A DNA stretch of 64,000 nt, taken from the NCBI GenBank assembly GCA_964576435.1, contig CAZNUP010000001.1:34345-98344 (forward strand). Direction: 5' to 3'. Source of the stretch: an uncultured Gammaproteobacteria bacterium. Its GTDB lineage: Bacteria > Patescibacteriota > Microgenomatia > JAMCZE01. This document shows positions 35,814 through 45,948 of this stretch, one piece after another. Within the stretch, counting starts at the first letter, position 1; every line of letters begins with the position of its first letter. The notes beneath the pieces were generated by a model, which was not told where the DNA came from, searched no databases, and was given only the letters and a program-made list of their open reading frames with translations. The position numbers were made by a program, and so were the translations under genes.

Positions 35814-36692
35814 CTAATTATTTTCTGAAATAATTCTACCTTGTAATGTTCTAAGTTCGTCTAAAAATTCTTCCTCTTGTTCCTTTGTTGGTGGTTTCCC
35901 ATGCCATTCAAAGTCTCCTTCAATTGATTGCACCCCTTTACCAGGAATTGTGTTAGCCAAAATCACAGTCGGTTTATCTTTAATTGTCCACGACTCATGG
36001 ACTGCAGCAATAATTTGTTCCATTGAGTTACCATCAATTTCAATTACATGAACATTAAACGCTTTTAGTTTGTCAAAAAGTGGTTCGAGAGGTTGAATTT
36101 TTTCTGTATATCCATCAATCTGAATATTATTTCGATCAATAATGTAAGTAATGTTATCTAATTTCCTATTCCCCATCATCATAATTGCTTCCCAAGTTTG
36201 CCCCTCGTTCATCTCTCCATCAGACCCAACTATGTAAACTCTCCAAGGAGCATTAATCATTTTAGAAGCAATTGCCATCCCCACCCCCACACTCATTCCT
36301 TGTCCAAGTGGCCCAGCAGAATTTTCCACTCCAGGAGTATTTTCGTGATATGGCTGTTTGCCTGGATAAATTTGTTCATGGTGTGGGTGTCCTTGAAGTC
36401 TTGAACCAAGTTTTCGAAGTGTCAAAAGCTCATCTTTCCTAAGTATTCCAGCATGTATTAAAGTTGTATAAAGAATTGGGCATGTGTGCCCACAAGATAA
36501 AACTAGTCTATCCCGGTCCGCCCAATTTGGATCATCTGCCCTATATTTTAAAAGGCCACCAAAATAAAGTGCAGTAAAAATATCAGCAAGATCGAGTGGC
36601 CCTGCAGAATGTCCAGACCCAGCAGCCACAAGCATCCGAATTAAATCTTGCCTAATTTCATTTGCCTTAAGTTCTAGATCTTTAATGTCCAT
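35814..36692 (-). CDS. Transketolase, N-terminal (TPP-binding) subunit
   Basis: GSGHSAGPLDLADIF and GSDGEMNEGQTWEA, the TPP-binding motif. Confidence 0.85.
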   Translation of the reverse strand: MDIKDLELKANEIRQDLIRMLVAAGSGHSAGPLDLADIFTALYFGGLLKYRADDPNWADRDRLVLSCGHTCPILYTTLIHAGILRKDELLTLRKLGSRLQGHPHHEQIYPGKQPYHENTPGVENSAGPLGQGMSVGVGMAIASKMINAPWRVYIVGSDGEMNEGQTWEAIMMMGNRKLDNITYIIDRNNIQIDGYTEKIQPLEPLFDKLKAFNVHVIEIDGNSMEQIIAAVHESWTIKDKPTVILANTIPGKGVQSIEGDFEWHGKPPTKEQEEEFLDELRTLQGRIISENN

Positions 36693-36697
36693 TTTAT

Positions 36698-37294
36698 TTA
36701 GGTTTTTGTCTTCAAATAACTATGTTCACTACTTGCTTGAAGGGCCTTAATCTTCATAAGAACTTCCCCGGGTGTTGTAACAATGTGATAGACCTTAAGC
36801 TCTTCCGGACGAAGGTGCATATTTTTTCCAAACGCCTCTATGATTTCATGCCAAAAATGCCCAAATAAGATTAATGGTTTGTGGTGTCCAAAATTAAGTC
36901 GCGCCAGTCCCCACGCCATTCCAAGTTCTGAAATTGTTCCAGTCCCTCCATTAAAAACCACATAAACGTCAGATTCATCTAGGATCGTGAGAGTCCTCTC
37001 AACATAGGTTTTAGTTTTAATTTCCTCATCAAAATGATTCTCTTCATCTCTCCCCTCAAAAAAAGCCGGATGATTTTTGTCATGTGGATCAGGGTAATAT
37101 GTGATCCCCACTGCTTTCCCTCCCCCAGCATGAGCTCCCTCAGTAGCTGCTCTCATAATCCCAGGCCCTCCACCATCAACAATCGTAAAACCGTTTTGAG
37201 CAAGAAGTTTAGCGCTCTCAAACGCTTGTTCATATTCCCAATCAGTCTTTTGGGAATCTGCGTACCCTAAAAATGCCACCTTAGAAACATCCAT
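36698..37294 (-). CDS. LOG-family protein (TIGR00730, cytokinin riboside 5'-monophosphate phosphoribohydrolase-like)
   Basis: GGGPGIM and GGTGTISEL motifs. Confidence 0.7.
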   Translation of the reverse strand: MDVSKVAFLGYADSQKTDWEYEQAFESAKLLAQNGFTIVDGGGPGIMRAATEGAHAGGGKAVGITYYPDPHDKNHPAFFEGRDEENHFDEEIKTKTYVERTLTILDESDVYVVFNGGTGTISELGMAWGLARLNFGHHKPLILFGHFWHEIIEAFGKNMHLRPEELKVYHIVTTPGEVLMKIKALQASSEHSYLKTKT

Positions 37295-37295
37295 T

Positions 37296-37925
37296 TTACG
37301 AAGTAAGATTAACTAGATTTTCATAAGATTCGGCAGGATTTGGAGAATTAATAATATAGCTACCAACAACCAGAGTTTCTGGTTTATAAGTTAATATATT
37401 AGCAATACTTTCAACATTAACTCCTCCATCAACCTCGATCTCTCCAAAAAAATTGCCCTCATGAAGATCCTGAATTTTCTTTAAATTATCCGCTAAAAAC
37501 TCTTGTCCCTGTTTGCCGGGGACTATTGTCATAATGGTGACCGAGTCAAGTGTTTCCAAAACTGGCTCTATATCTGAAATTGGTGTTTCCGGAGCAATTG
37601 CCACCCCCACAAGAACATTTTCTTCCATAAGTTGTTCGCAAACATCCCGAATATTGTCAGCCGTTTCCCATTGGATAATAAATTTAGTAAATCCAATTTC
37701 TTTAAGTTTTGGAATGTAGTCAAACGGCCTTGCCACCATTAAATGTGCTTCGAAATTAATGTCTTGGGGCAAAAGTCCAATTCCCTCAGGCTTTATGCTA
37801 ACAAACTCCTCAAACGAACCATCATTAAAATCGACATGGACCCGGTCCGCAAATCCGACAACTTTTTGAAGTGACTGTGCAAATTCTTCAACTGTTTTTT
37901 CTTCAATAGCAGGAACAATATTCAT
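37296..37925 (-). CDS. rpe: Ribulose-phosphate 3-epimerase
   Basis: VHVDFNDGSF, AHLMV and VDGGVN motifs. Confidence 0.8.
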   Translation of the reverse strand: MNIVPAIEEKTVEEFAQSLQKVVGFADRVHVDFNDGSFEEFVSIKPEGIGLLPQDINFEAHLMVARPFDYIPKLKEIGFTKFIIQWETADNIRDVCEQLMEENVLVGVAIAPETPISDIEPVLETLDSVTIMTIVPGKQGQEFLADNLKKIQDLHEGNFFGEIEVDGGVNVESIANILTYKPETLVVGSYIINSPNPAESYENLVNLTS

Positions 37926-37984
37926 AAAAGAAGGATAGCCGATTTACCTACAATAATCTAGAGATTAGACAAAATAGAGAATAC

Positions 37985-39637
37985 TTACGAACTTGTCATC
38001 AGTAGTTTTTCTGAATAGGCCTGATCAATCCCAGTTTTTTTTCTAGGATTAAAAATTCCGTTAGGATCAAAGATTTTCTTTATTTGTTTAAAGATATCAG
38101 TAATCTCTGACCCAAATTGCAGTTCCACAAATGGTGCTCGAATAAGACCATCATTGTGTTCTCCTGAAATTGACCCTCCAAATTTAACTGTTAAATCGAA
38201 GCATTCTTTTCCAACACTAAATATTTCACCTCTCTCTTCTTTATTATTCATATCCATCAAGGGAAATATGTGAAAGTTCCCATCCCCAATGTGTCCAGCA
38301 ACCGTAAACGTCATTTTCGATTTATTTAAAATTTCATAAAGCTGTGGTAAAAATTCTGGCAAGTCTTTGGGAAGAATTGTTAAATCGTCAATAAAAGGCG
38401 CCGCATATTTTCCTTTAACTCTTGTTTTTAAAAGGTTGAAGCTCTCATGTCGAACTGCCCACCAGATCTCCCGCTCCACTGAATCTTCAATAACTTTTCC
38501 ACCAACTTCTGCCTGTAATTCTTTTACTTTCTCACTAACTTCATTCTCACTATCCCCTTCAAATTCCACAAGAAGAACTAACTTTGCTTTTTGAGCTTCA
38601 GATAGTAGATCAACAGCAAACTCATGTGGCGCTTCTGTGTAATGTTTTGCCACAATTCCCATCAAATCTGGGAAATATTCAACAGCCAGTTTAGTGGTAT
38701 ATTCATCAAAACACTCAAATGCCGTTGGCTTTTTAGAAAGTACTTTAGAAACTAAATTTGGGATTTCTTTAAAATCCATTAAGTTAATAACTAGAAGTTT
38801 GTGGGCGTTTTTAACTGGCACTAACCCCAGTTTCACTTCAGTCATAAGTCCCAAAGTTCCTTGTGACCCAACAAAAAGTTTACTCATATCAAAAATTCCA
38901 TTTTCCACAATCCCCGACGGCCTCCCGTCAGAAGTTTTATCAGCTCCCGGAGTCCACACATCCCAAATCTGATATCCAGTGGAGTTTTTTGAAACCTGTG
39001 GTCTATGTTTTTGAATTAAATCGTAGTTTTTTGACAAAACTTCAAATACCCCACTATAAATCTCTCCCTCCAAATCTTGTTGTGCCATTTTTTGTTTAAG
39101 CCCATCCTCTCGCATTTTATTAAATCCGTATTCTTTTCCATCTCGAAGAACCACCTTAACTTCTTCAACATAGCGGACAGTCTTCCCATAAGCTAAAGTT
39201 TTCTCTCCCCCAGCATTGTTGTTAACTATTCCCCCAATCGCACAAATATTTTTTGAAGCCGGGAATGAAGGGAACAAAAGTCCCTTTTCCAAAGTTGCCT
39301 TTTCAAAATCTCGGTAATAAACACCGGGTTGAGTAATTCCAAATTCTTTTCCAATTTCAATTATGTGGTTAAAGTTCTCAGTAAACGACACAGAAATCGA
39401 ATCGGTAAGTACTCCCCCACTCATATCTGTTCCGGCAGATCTTCCAGTCAGTGACAATCCAGGATTTTGATTTACGAAGTTAACCAAATTTGTTAAATCT
39501 GAGATGTCTTGTGGGCAAACCACTACCTGAGGACGAACTTTAAAAACTGACGCATCACGAGAAGCCTTTTCAAGAGTCGCTTCATCAGTTAACACTTCTC
39601 CTTTGATAATTTTTTTAAGTTCACTGGGCAGATCCAT
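37985..39637 (-). CDS. FAD-linked oxidase (PCMH-type FAD-binding domain; GlcD/D-lactate dehydrogenase-like)
   Basis: N-terminal FAD-binding domain pattern and a C-terminal FAD-oxidase domain. 550 aa. Confidence 0.7.
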   Translation of the reverse strand: MDLPSELKKIIKGEVLTDEATLEKASRDASVFKVRPQVVVCPQDISDLTNLVNFVNQNPGLSLTGRSAGTDMSGGVLTDSISVSFTENFNHIIEIGKEFGITQPGVYYRDFEKATLEKGLLFPSFPASKNICAIGGIVNNNAGGEKTLAYGKTVRYVEEVKVVLRDGKEYGFNKMREDGLKQKMAQQDLEGEIYSGVFEVLSKNYDLIQKHRPQVSKNSTGYQIWDVWTPGADKTSDGRPSGIVENGIFDMSKLFVGSQGTLGLMTEVKLGLVPVKNAHKLLVINLMDFKEIPNLVSKVLSKKPTAFECFDEYTTKLAVEYFPDLMGIVAKHYTEAPHEFAVDLLSEAQKAKLVLLVEFEGDSENEVSEKVKELQAEVGGKVIEDSVEREIWWAVRHESFNLLKTRVKGKYAAPFIDDLTILPKDLPEFLPQLYEILNKSKMTFTVAGHIGDGNFHIFPLMDMNNKEERGEIFSVGKECFDLTVKFGGSISGEHNDGLIRAPFVELQFGSEITDIFKQIKKIFDPNGIFNPRKKTGIDQAYSEKLLMTSS

Positions 39638-39695
39638 ATTTTAAGATTATCAAATTCCGTGAAAAATTTCTTATTTAAATTTGTATCCAAATAAT

Positions 39696-39896
39696 TCACC
39701 ATCCCCGCCACATAAGTTCCCAAATAAATCCCAAAGGCCACACAGGTAAAACCAACCAAATCTCAGGATCCAATAGATTATTTATTCCAGTAATAAGCCA
39801 ACTTTCCCAAGATTCAGTTGCGCGAAGGTAAATCAAAGCAAGAAATCCCACCAAAAGGTACAAAACAGCAAAAACCAATATTGTTTTTAGTATCAT
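39696..39896 (-). CDS. Small membrane protein (66 aa)
   Basis: Two hydrophobic segments. It overlaps rpiB by 4 nt. Confidence 0.3.
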   Translation of the reverse strand: MILKTILVFAVLYLLVGFLALIYLRATESWESWLITGINNLLDPEIWLVLPVWPLGFIWELMWRGW

Positions 39897-40318
39897 CCTC
39901 TCAGTTTCCCTATTCTCCTCCTATATTTTTCCTCTCCTGAAAACTCTGTCTTAAGAAACGCCTTAATAAACATTTTTGTTTCCTCTAAACTGAAATAGTT
40001 GGCCGCAATGCAAAGAACATTTACGTCATCATCATTCCGAGCGGATTCTACTTGTTTTTTGTCAAAAGCTAGGCACGCTCTAACTTGTGGATACCTATTA
40101 GCTGCAATATCCACCATCACTCCACTTCCACAAAAAAACATCCCTTTATCTCCTTCTGTAATTTTGTCGCACGCTTTATTTACAAAATCCACCTCATCAT
40201 CATTAGGATCAAGCATCAAGTTTCCACAATCAAAGTGATCTTCCTTAAGATCGTCAAGGATTTTTTTCACCTCTTCTTTTCGAACCATCCCCCGGTGATC
40301 TGAAGCTAAATAAATCAT
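39893..40318 (-). CDS. rpiB: Ribose-5-phosphate isomerase B (RpiB/LacAB family)
   Basis: IYLASDHRG and CGSGVMV motifs. 141 aa. Confidence 0.8.
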   Translation of the reverse strand: MIYLASDHRGMVRKEEVKKILDDLKEDHFDCGNLMLDPNDDEVDFVNKACDKITEGDKGMFFCGSGVMVDIAANRYPQVRACLAFDKKQVESARNDDDVNVLCIAANYFSLEETKMFIKAFLKTEFSGEEKYRRRIGKLRG

Positions 40319-40389
40319 TCTTTAAAGCATATCATATTTTTCACACCACAAAAATGAATAATTAAGAGATACTTGGTATAATCTGAGCC

Positions 40390-42669
40390 ATGCCCAAAGG
40401 TCAAAAGAAGGTTGCCAAAGTTTCTTCTGAAAAACCTATCGTCACACCTGAAGAACCAGTTCTAGCTCTTCCCGCGCCAAAAAAACGACACACAAGGCTA
40501 AAATGGGCACTTTTAGCCCTAATTCCAGTCTTTATCTTCCTAGGAGTCCTCTACATATTAATATTAAAGGATCTCCCAACTCCTGCCGATCTAACCGCCA
40601 AACCTCCAGCTCAAAGTACTAAAATCCTAGATAGAAACGGTAAACCTATTTATTCAATCTATGTCTCTGAAAATAGAACCATTGTCCCCCTAAAAGACAT
40701 CCCTAAATCAGTTCAACAAGCAACGATAGCAATTGAAGATAAAGACTTTTACCATCATGGTGGTATTAACTTTGTGGGCGGCATTTTAAGAAGTGTCAAA
40801 GACATGCTTCTCTATCACCACCTTGAAGGTGGTTCCACAATTACCCAACAACTCATCAAAAAATCACTTTTAACAGACGAGCAAACCCTAACTAGAAAAA
40901 TCAAAGAAGCCATTCTAGCTACCTGGACCGAACAACTCTATTCAAAAGACGAAATCCTTGCCATGTATCTAAATCAAGTTCCCTATGGGGGAACCGCCTA
41001 CGGAATTGAAGAAGCAGCCAATGTTTACTTTGGTAAAGATGCTAAAGACCTAGACCTAGCTGAAGCTGCCCTTCTAGCGGGCCTCCCACAAGCACCAACC
41101 TACTATTCACCATATGGCACCGACCCAACAAGAGCAGTTAAACGTCAGCAAAAAGTCTTAGATCGCATGGTTGAAGACGGATATATTACAAAGGCTCAAG
41201 CAGACAAAGCTAAAAAAGAACAACTTAAATTTGCTCCCGGTATTTCTCCTTTAAAAGCTCCTCATTTTGTAGCCTACATTAAAGAACAACTTGTCAAAAA
41301 ATATGGTGAAGACGCTGTTGAAAGAAAAGGTTTGAAAGTAACAACCACCCTAGACCTAAATCTTCAAGAAAATGCTCAAGCAACTCTTGCTGCTGAAGTT
41401 GAAAAACAAGCGAATCTAAAAGTAGGAAACGGTGCCGCCTTAATAACAAATCCACAAACTGGTGAAATCTTAACCATGATTGGAAGTAGAGATTATGACG
41501 GCACAGGCAGTGGTAAAGTAAATGTAGTCCTGGCCGAAAGAAGTCCAGGATCCTCAATAAAGCCATTAGTTTTCGCTCTTGGATTCCTAAAAGGAAACAG
41601 TACTCCAGCAACTCCCTGGATTGATGGCAAATATTGCTTCCCAGCTTTTGCCGGAAAAAGCTATTGTCCAGGTAATTATGATGGCTCCTTTCACGGTGTG
41701 GTCCAAAGTAGGTATGCTCTTGGTAATTCCTACAATATCCCAGCTGTAAAGCAACTCGCAGTCAACAAAGTTGAAGACTTTATTGCAACAGCTAGTGCTA
41801 TGGGCATCTCAACCTTTACAGACGACCCGGAAAGATATGGCTACTCTCTAGCTCTTGGTGGTGGCGAAGTAAAAATGCTTGATATGGCTAAAGCATTTGG
41901 AGTTTTCTCAAATGGTGGCCGGAAACAAGACTTAATTTCAATTATTAAAGTTGAAGACTCAAAAGGAAACGTCTTAGAAGATAACACCAAAAAAATCGCT
42001 GCCTCCCAGAAACCCGCTAACCCCCCAAAATGGGATGGCTCAACTCCCTGGATTCCCAAAGGTAATTGGGTTTTACCAGAAGCAGTTACCTTCTTAATTT
42101 CCCACATTCTTTTAGATGACGGCTCAAGATCAGGTACATTTGGTAGTGGCTCTATTTTAAATGTCCCCGGAAAAACCGTTTCAGTTAAAACTGGTACTAC
42201 TGAAAATAAAAGAGACAACTGGACCATTGGTTACACTTCAGGCACTGATCCAAGGTTAGTAGCCGTTTGGGTAGGGAATAACGACAATTCTCCAATGAGT
42301 CCATTTTTGGAATCCGGAAACACTGGAGCAGCTCCCATTTGGAATAAACTTATGTCCCAAGCTTTAACTGGCATTAAATCTCAATTCCCCAAAGTTCCAG
42401 ACGGTGTTGCCTTTATGGAAGTCTGTAGTTTATCTGGTCTCTTGCCAGATCATGACTGTCCAAAACGTGGTGAATATTTCATTAAAGCCTTTGCACCAAA
42501 AGACAAAGACAATGTCTGGGGTCAAAAACAAAAAGTCCAAGTCTATAAAGATTCTCACAAACAACCACAAATTGGAGAAAATCCAGTCCCCGATCAATTA
42601 ACTGAAGAAGATCATATGGTAATAAGTGACCCTCTCCAAAAAAATTATTGTGCTGACTGTGCCCAATAG
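40390..42669 (+). CDS. Class A penicillin-binding protein (bifunctional transglycosylase/transpeptidase)
   Basis: GT51 motifs (EDKDFYHHGG, GGSTITQQL) and transpeptidase SPGSSIKP, SYN, KTGT. Confidence 0.9.
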   Translation: MPKGQKKVAKVSSEKPIVTPEEPVLALPAPKKRHTRLKWALLALIPVFIFLGVLYILILKDLPTPADLTAKPPAQSTKILDRNGKPIYSIYVSENRTIVPLKDIPKSVQQATIAIEDKDFYHHGGINFVGGILRSVKDMLLYHHLEGGSTITQQLIKKSLLTDEQTLTRKIKEAILATWTEQLYSKDEILAMYLNQVPYGGTAYGIEEAANVYFGKDAKDLDLAEAALLAGLPQAPTYYSPYGTDPTRAVKRQQKVLDRMVEDGYITKAQADKAKKEQLKFAPGISPLKAPHFVAYIKEQLVKKYGEDAVERKGLKVTTTLDLNLQENAQATLAAEVEKQANLKVGNGAALITNPQTGEILTMIGSRDYDGTGSGKVNVVLAERSPGSSIKPLVFALGFLKGNSTPATPWIDGKYCFPAFAGKSYCPGNYDGSFHGVVQSRYALGNSYNIPAVKQLAVNKVEDFIATASAMGISTFTDDPERYGYSLALGGGEVKMLDMAKAFGVFSNGGRKQDLISIIKVEDSKGNVLEDNTKKIAASQKPANPPKWDGSTPWIPKGNWVLPEAVTFLISHILLDDGSRSGTFGSGSILNVPGKTVSVKTGTTENKRDNWTIGYTSGTDPRLVAVWVGNNDNSPMSPFLESGNTGAAPIWNKLMSQALTGIKSQFPKVPDGVAFMEVCSLSGLLPDHDCPKRGEYFIKAFAPKDKDNVWGQKQKVQVYKDSHKQPQIGENPVPDQLTEEDHMVISDPLQKNYCADCAQ

Positions 42670-42725
42670 TTGAAATTAGAAAGCTATTGACAAGGCCTCT
42701 CTAATAATTCACACTGATAATCAGA

Positions 42726-44090
42726 GTGATTCAAAAGAACGGGTTTGTCCTAGTAAAAGTTCTTCCCTTACTTCTTTTATTAGGAGCAGTGATTCTGACC
42801 GCTTACCTACTTGGAACTCGAACCGGATTCTTAAATAGAGCAAGTGAGTTAAAAAGCCCAACTCTCATTGACGAAGGTTTTCGATTTGGCCCCGGAGAAT
42901 TAACAGATATATTAGCTACCTCTTCAGCAACCTACAACTGGTATCCATACCCAGAATTTATTACCACTTTCCATGTTTCAGGTTCCCGTACTCAAAATTA
43001 CGCAAGTCTAAGTGGTGAATTTAAATATCATGAAATGATAGCTAATTTTCCACAAGAAAAAACAATTTCTTTTCCATTTTCTCGTACATCAGGAGGTTTT
43101 ATTGGAAATGTAAAACTCCCCTATCACGGCTGCTTAGATATAAAAACCAGCCCCCAAGAAGGAAAACTGTATTTGGGAAGCTTTTGCGTACAAAACAACA
43201 TAGTTGGGTATACTCAAGAGGGATCTCTTGGAGGTCCTAACACTGCTCACCCTTATAAATATGTCTCCGGTCAAGGTTATATAGGAGGACAGAGCAACTA
43301 CCAAACCTCAACTTACTACTATTTCGATAAATTTGTCCCTAACGTCGAAAATAACAAGTTTGCGGTTCAAGCACTAACTATGGTTTTCGACAAAACAAAA
43401 GATCCTTATTACAACCCAGTCGACCAAAGAAATTTCATTCCCACAAATACCTATTGGTCACTTCAATCAAATCTAGATCCAGCAAGTATCAGAGAAACTA
43501 GGTATGACCAAAGGCCAACAGCTTTTGTGGATTGTACGAATTCGTCATCCAAATTAGTTGCTTTCAATAAGACTTCTGATTTGGCACCCGCTAGATTACT
43601 GGATGCATCTAATATGTATCCCCCAACTTCACCAGAATGCTGGTTTACTACTTACTTTTACACTGAACCATTCTTTAACAAACAGTTTGTCACTCTTAAA
43701 AAATCACAAGAAGCCTCACCAAGTGCAACCCCAACTTTAACAGCAACTCCCTCGGCCATTCCTACCCCAACACCAAGCCCCACACCAATCGCATCACCAA
43801 GTGCATCACCCACCATTCCACCCACAGGCGACCTATTTTCAGTCAATATTATTGCTAGCCCAAATAAAGGAAAGGGTCCATTAACAGTCAAATTCAGCGC
43901 CCTTACCCCAATTGTCCCCGCTATCAAATATCAATGGAACTTCGGAGATAATAGTGCCGGCTCCACATCTAAAAAACCAAAGCATGTTTACGCCTATCGT
44001 AAAGAGCCTTACAAGGTTGTCCTAAAAGCCACTAGCCCTGAAGGTATAGTCAAAAGAGTAACAACCACGGTTACTGTAACGAAAAAATAA
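42726..44090 (+). CDS. Pilin-like exported protein with a Pro/Thr/Ser-rich linker and a C-terminal PKD domain
   Basis: N-terminal NGFVLVKVLPLLLLLG resembles a class III (prepilin-type) signal with K at +5. The C-terminus has W-x-FGDN...H.Y...Y.V.L, a PKD-like fold. Confidence 0.5.
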   Translation: MIQKNGFVLVKVLPLLLLLGAVILTAYLLGTRTGFLNRASELKSPTLIDEGFRFGPGELTDILATSSATYNWYPYPEFITTFHVSGSRTQNYASLSGEFKYHEMIANFPQEKTISFPFSRTSGGFIGNVKLPYHGCLDIKTSPQEGKLYLGSFCVQNNIVGYTQEGSLGGPNTAHPYKYVSGQGYIGGQSNYQTSTYYYFDKFVPNVENNKFAVQALTMVFDKTKDPYYNPVDQRNFIPTNTYWSLQSNLDPASIRETRYDQRPTAFVDCTNSSSKLVAFNKTSDLAPARLLDASNMYPPTSPECWFTTYFYTEPFFNKQFVTLKKSQEASPSATPTLTATPSAIPTPTPSPTPIASPSASPTIPPTGDLFSVNIIASPNKGKGPLTVKFSALTPIVPAIKYQWNFGDNSAGSTSKKPKHVYAYRKEPYKVVLKATSPEGIVKRVTTTVTVTKK

Positions 44091-44112
44091 GTTAAGCACT
44101 TATAACAATTCC

Positions 44113-45279
44113 TTAAACTGCTGAGAATCCAACTAACACCCAAAAAAGTGTATACTCTGAAACTGACACAATATTTGTCTGAGATTTAAAGAAAAAAATT
44201 AAGAGCGCAGCCAAAAAAAGAAATTGTTTTTTCTTGTAATAATTTCTACAGGCAAATAAAAATATTAAAACCCACAAACTAAATCCTGGAATCCCGGAGG
44301 CAACTAAAATTTCCAAGGTTTCATTGTGCGCTTTATCGACATACACCTCTCCATGGGAATCAATTTTCTTAGGATATGTAATTTTAGAAATTGCCAAAGA
44401 AAAATTCTCAAGCCCATAACCATTAATTGGTCTATTTAAAAATGCTACAGACCCTCTCACCCACATTCTTTGTCTAGAAGCAGCAAAAACAGGGTCTGTT
44501 CGAGGCACAAAAGTCACCCATGAATAAAACCAAAAAACAAAAATAATAACTGCCAAAAGCCCTATTGCTATTCCCATCCTTTTTTGCTTTTTAAAAATCC
44601 ACAACCAGACGAAAACTGCGGAAGTCAGTCCCAAAGCCAAAAAGGCCCCTCTCGAGTTAGACAAATATATTGCAACCAATGTTACTGTTGAAACAATAAT
44701 GCGCACCCACAAGTTTTTCACCACAAAAATAAATGGAAGGCATATCACCAAAAAACCCGCCAAAAAATTCGGGTTACCAAAAGTTCCAACATGCCTTTCT
44801 AGGTATTTGTAAGTTGGAAAATTCCAAAAATAGTTAGCAACAACTGAAAACAAAACAAACAAAGAAACAGAAAAACCAGAGCAGATTAAAACTTCAGCAA
44901 GCAATTTTCTATCCCGTTTTTTAAATATTGAACAAATTACCCAAACCAATGCCACATAACATGCCAGAGTAACAATCCCCTCTTCCCTCCAAAAAAGACC
45001 ATAAAACGAGTTTAAAGGGTTAATCCCAAAGACAGATATTAAAAAATTCCAAAAAAAGTAAATAAAAATTAAAACTACCATCTTTTTATTTCCACTAGCT
45101 TCCTGTCCTCGGACCACCTGCCACCCACATAAAATAGCTAGCACTAAAACCCATCTCTGAAAGAACCAAATTTTTGTGCCTTCAAAACCATTAACGAAAC
45201 TTGGCACAAACAACAATGGCAATAAAAATAGCCCCGTGAAAAATGTGATTCTTGACAACTTGCTTACAATCATCAACAC
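44113..45279 (-). CDS. O-antigen ligase / Wzy_C-domain polytopic membrane protein
   Basis: GNPNFLAGFL...SRGAFLAL, the O-antigen ligase signature. About 10 TM segments. Confidence 0.7.
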   Translation of the reverse strand: MLMIVSKLSRITFFTGLFLLPLLFVPSFVNGFEGTKIWFFQRWVLVLAILCGWQVVRGQEASGNKKMVVLIFIYFFWNFLISVFGINPLNSFYGLFWREEGIVTLACYVALVWVICSIFKKRDRKLLAEVLICSGFSVSLFVLFSVVANYFWNFPTYKYLERHVGTFGNPNFLAGFLVICLPFIFVVKNLWVRIIVSTVTLVAIYLSNSRGAFLALGLTSAVFVWLWIFKKQKRMGIAIGLLAVIIFVFWFYSWVTFVPRTDPVFAASRQRMWVRGSVAFLNRPINGYGLENFSLAISKITYPKKIDSHGEVYVDKAHNETLEILVASGIPGFSLWVLIFLFACRNYYKKKQFLFLAALLIFFFKSQTNIVSVSEYTLFWVLVGFSAV

Positions 45280-45288
45280 TGATTATAG

Positions 45289-45921
45289 ATGAAGAAAAAC
45301 CAAGGTTTCGTCTTAACAAAACTTGTGCCCCTAATACTTTTAATTGGGGCTGTAGTTGTAACTGCCGTCTTACTAGGCCAAAGAACCGGTTTTTTTAATA
45401 GAGCTGCCCCTCTAACCAGTCCTCAAACAGGACCTAATCCCACCTATAATAAGTGTGTTAACAATGCTTGTACTCCAGTTATTGGTGTTGGAATAAGCGA
45501 TTGCCAATTAAATGTTCCTTGTGGAGCAACCCCAAGTGCCACCCCAAAACCAACTGCCACTTTAAGTGCCACTCCCACCAAAACCCCATCACCTTCACCT
45601 AAACCAAGTGCAACCCCCACTTCCTCACCAAGCGCCTCAATCACACCCCCTCCAACCGGAGATCTGTTCTCAGTAAGTATTGTTGCTACCCCCAATAAAG
45701 GGAAAGGGCCTTTAAAAGTTAAATTAAGCGCCCTAAGTCCCTACGTCCCTATAGTTGATTATCAGTGGAATTTCAATGACAATAGTGGAGGATCCACTTC
45801 CAAAAAACCCACCCATATTTTTGCTTACCGCAAAGAACCTTATAAAGTTGTACTAAAAGCAACGGGTCCAGATGGCAAGGTAAAAAGGGTAACTACCACA
45901 ATAACTGTAACTAAAAAATAG
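45289..45921 (+). CDS. Paralog of 42726-44090: a pilin-like N-terminus, a PT-rich linker and a PKD domain
   Basis: The N-terminus QGFVLTKLVPLILLIG and the last ~90 aa are about 75-80% identical to the paralog. Confidence 0.5.
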   Translation: MKKNQGFVLTKLVPLILLIGAVVVTAVLLGQRTGFFNRAAPLTSPQTGPNPTYNKCVNNACTPVIGVGISDCQLNVPCGATPSATPKPTATLSATPTKTPSPSPKPSATPTSSPSASITPPPTGDLFSVSIVATPNKGKGPLKVKLSALSPYVPIVDYQWNFNDNSGGSTSKKPTHIFAYRKEPYKVVLKATGPDGKVKRVTTTITVTKK

Positions 45922-45948
45922 ACTAGCTCACTCTGCTAAAATAGCTTC

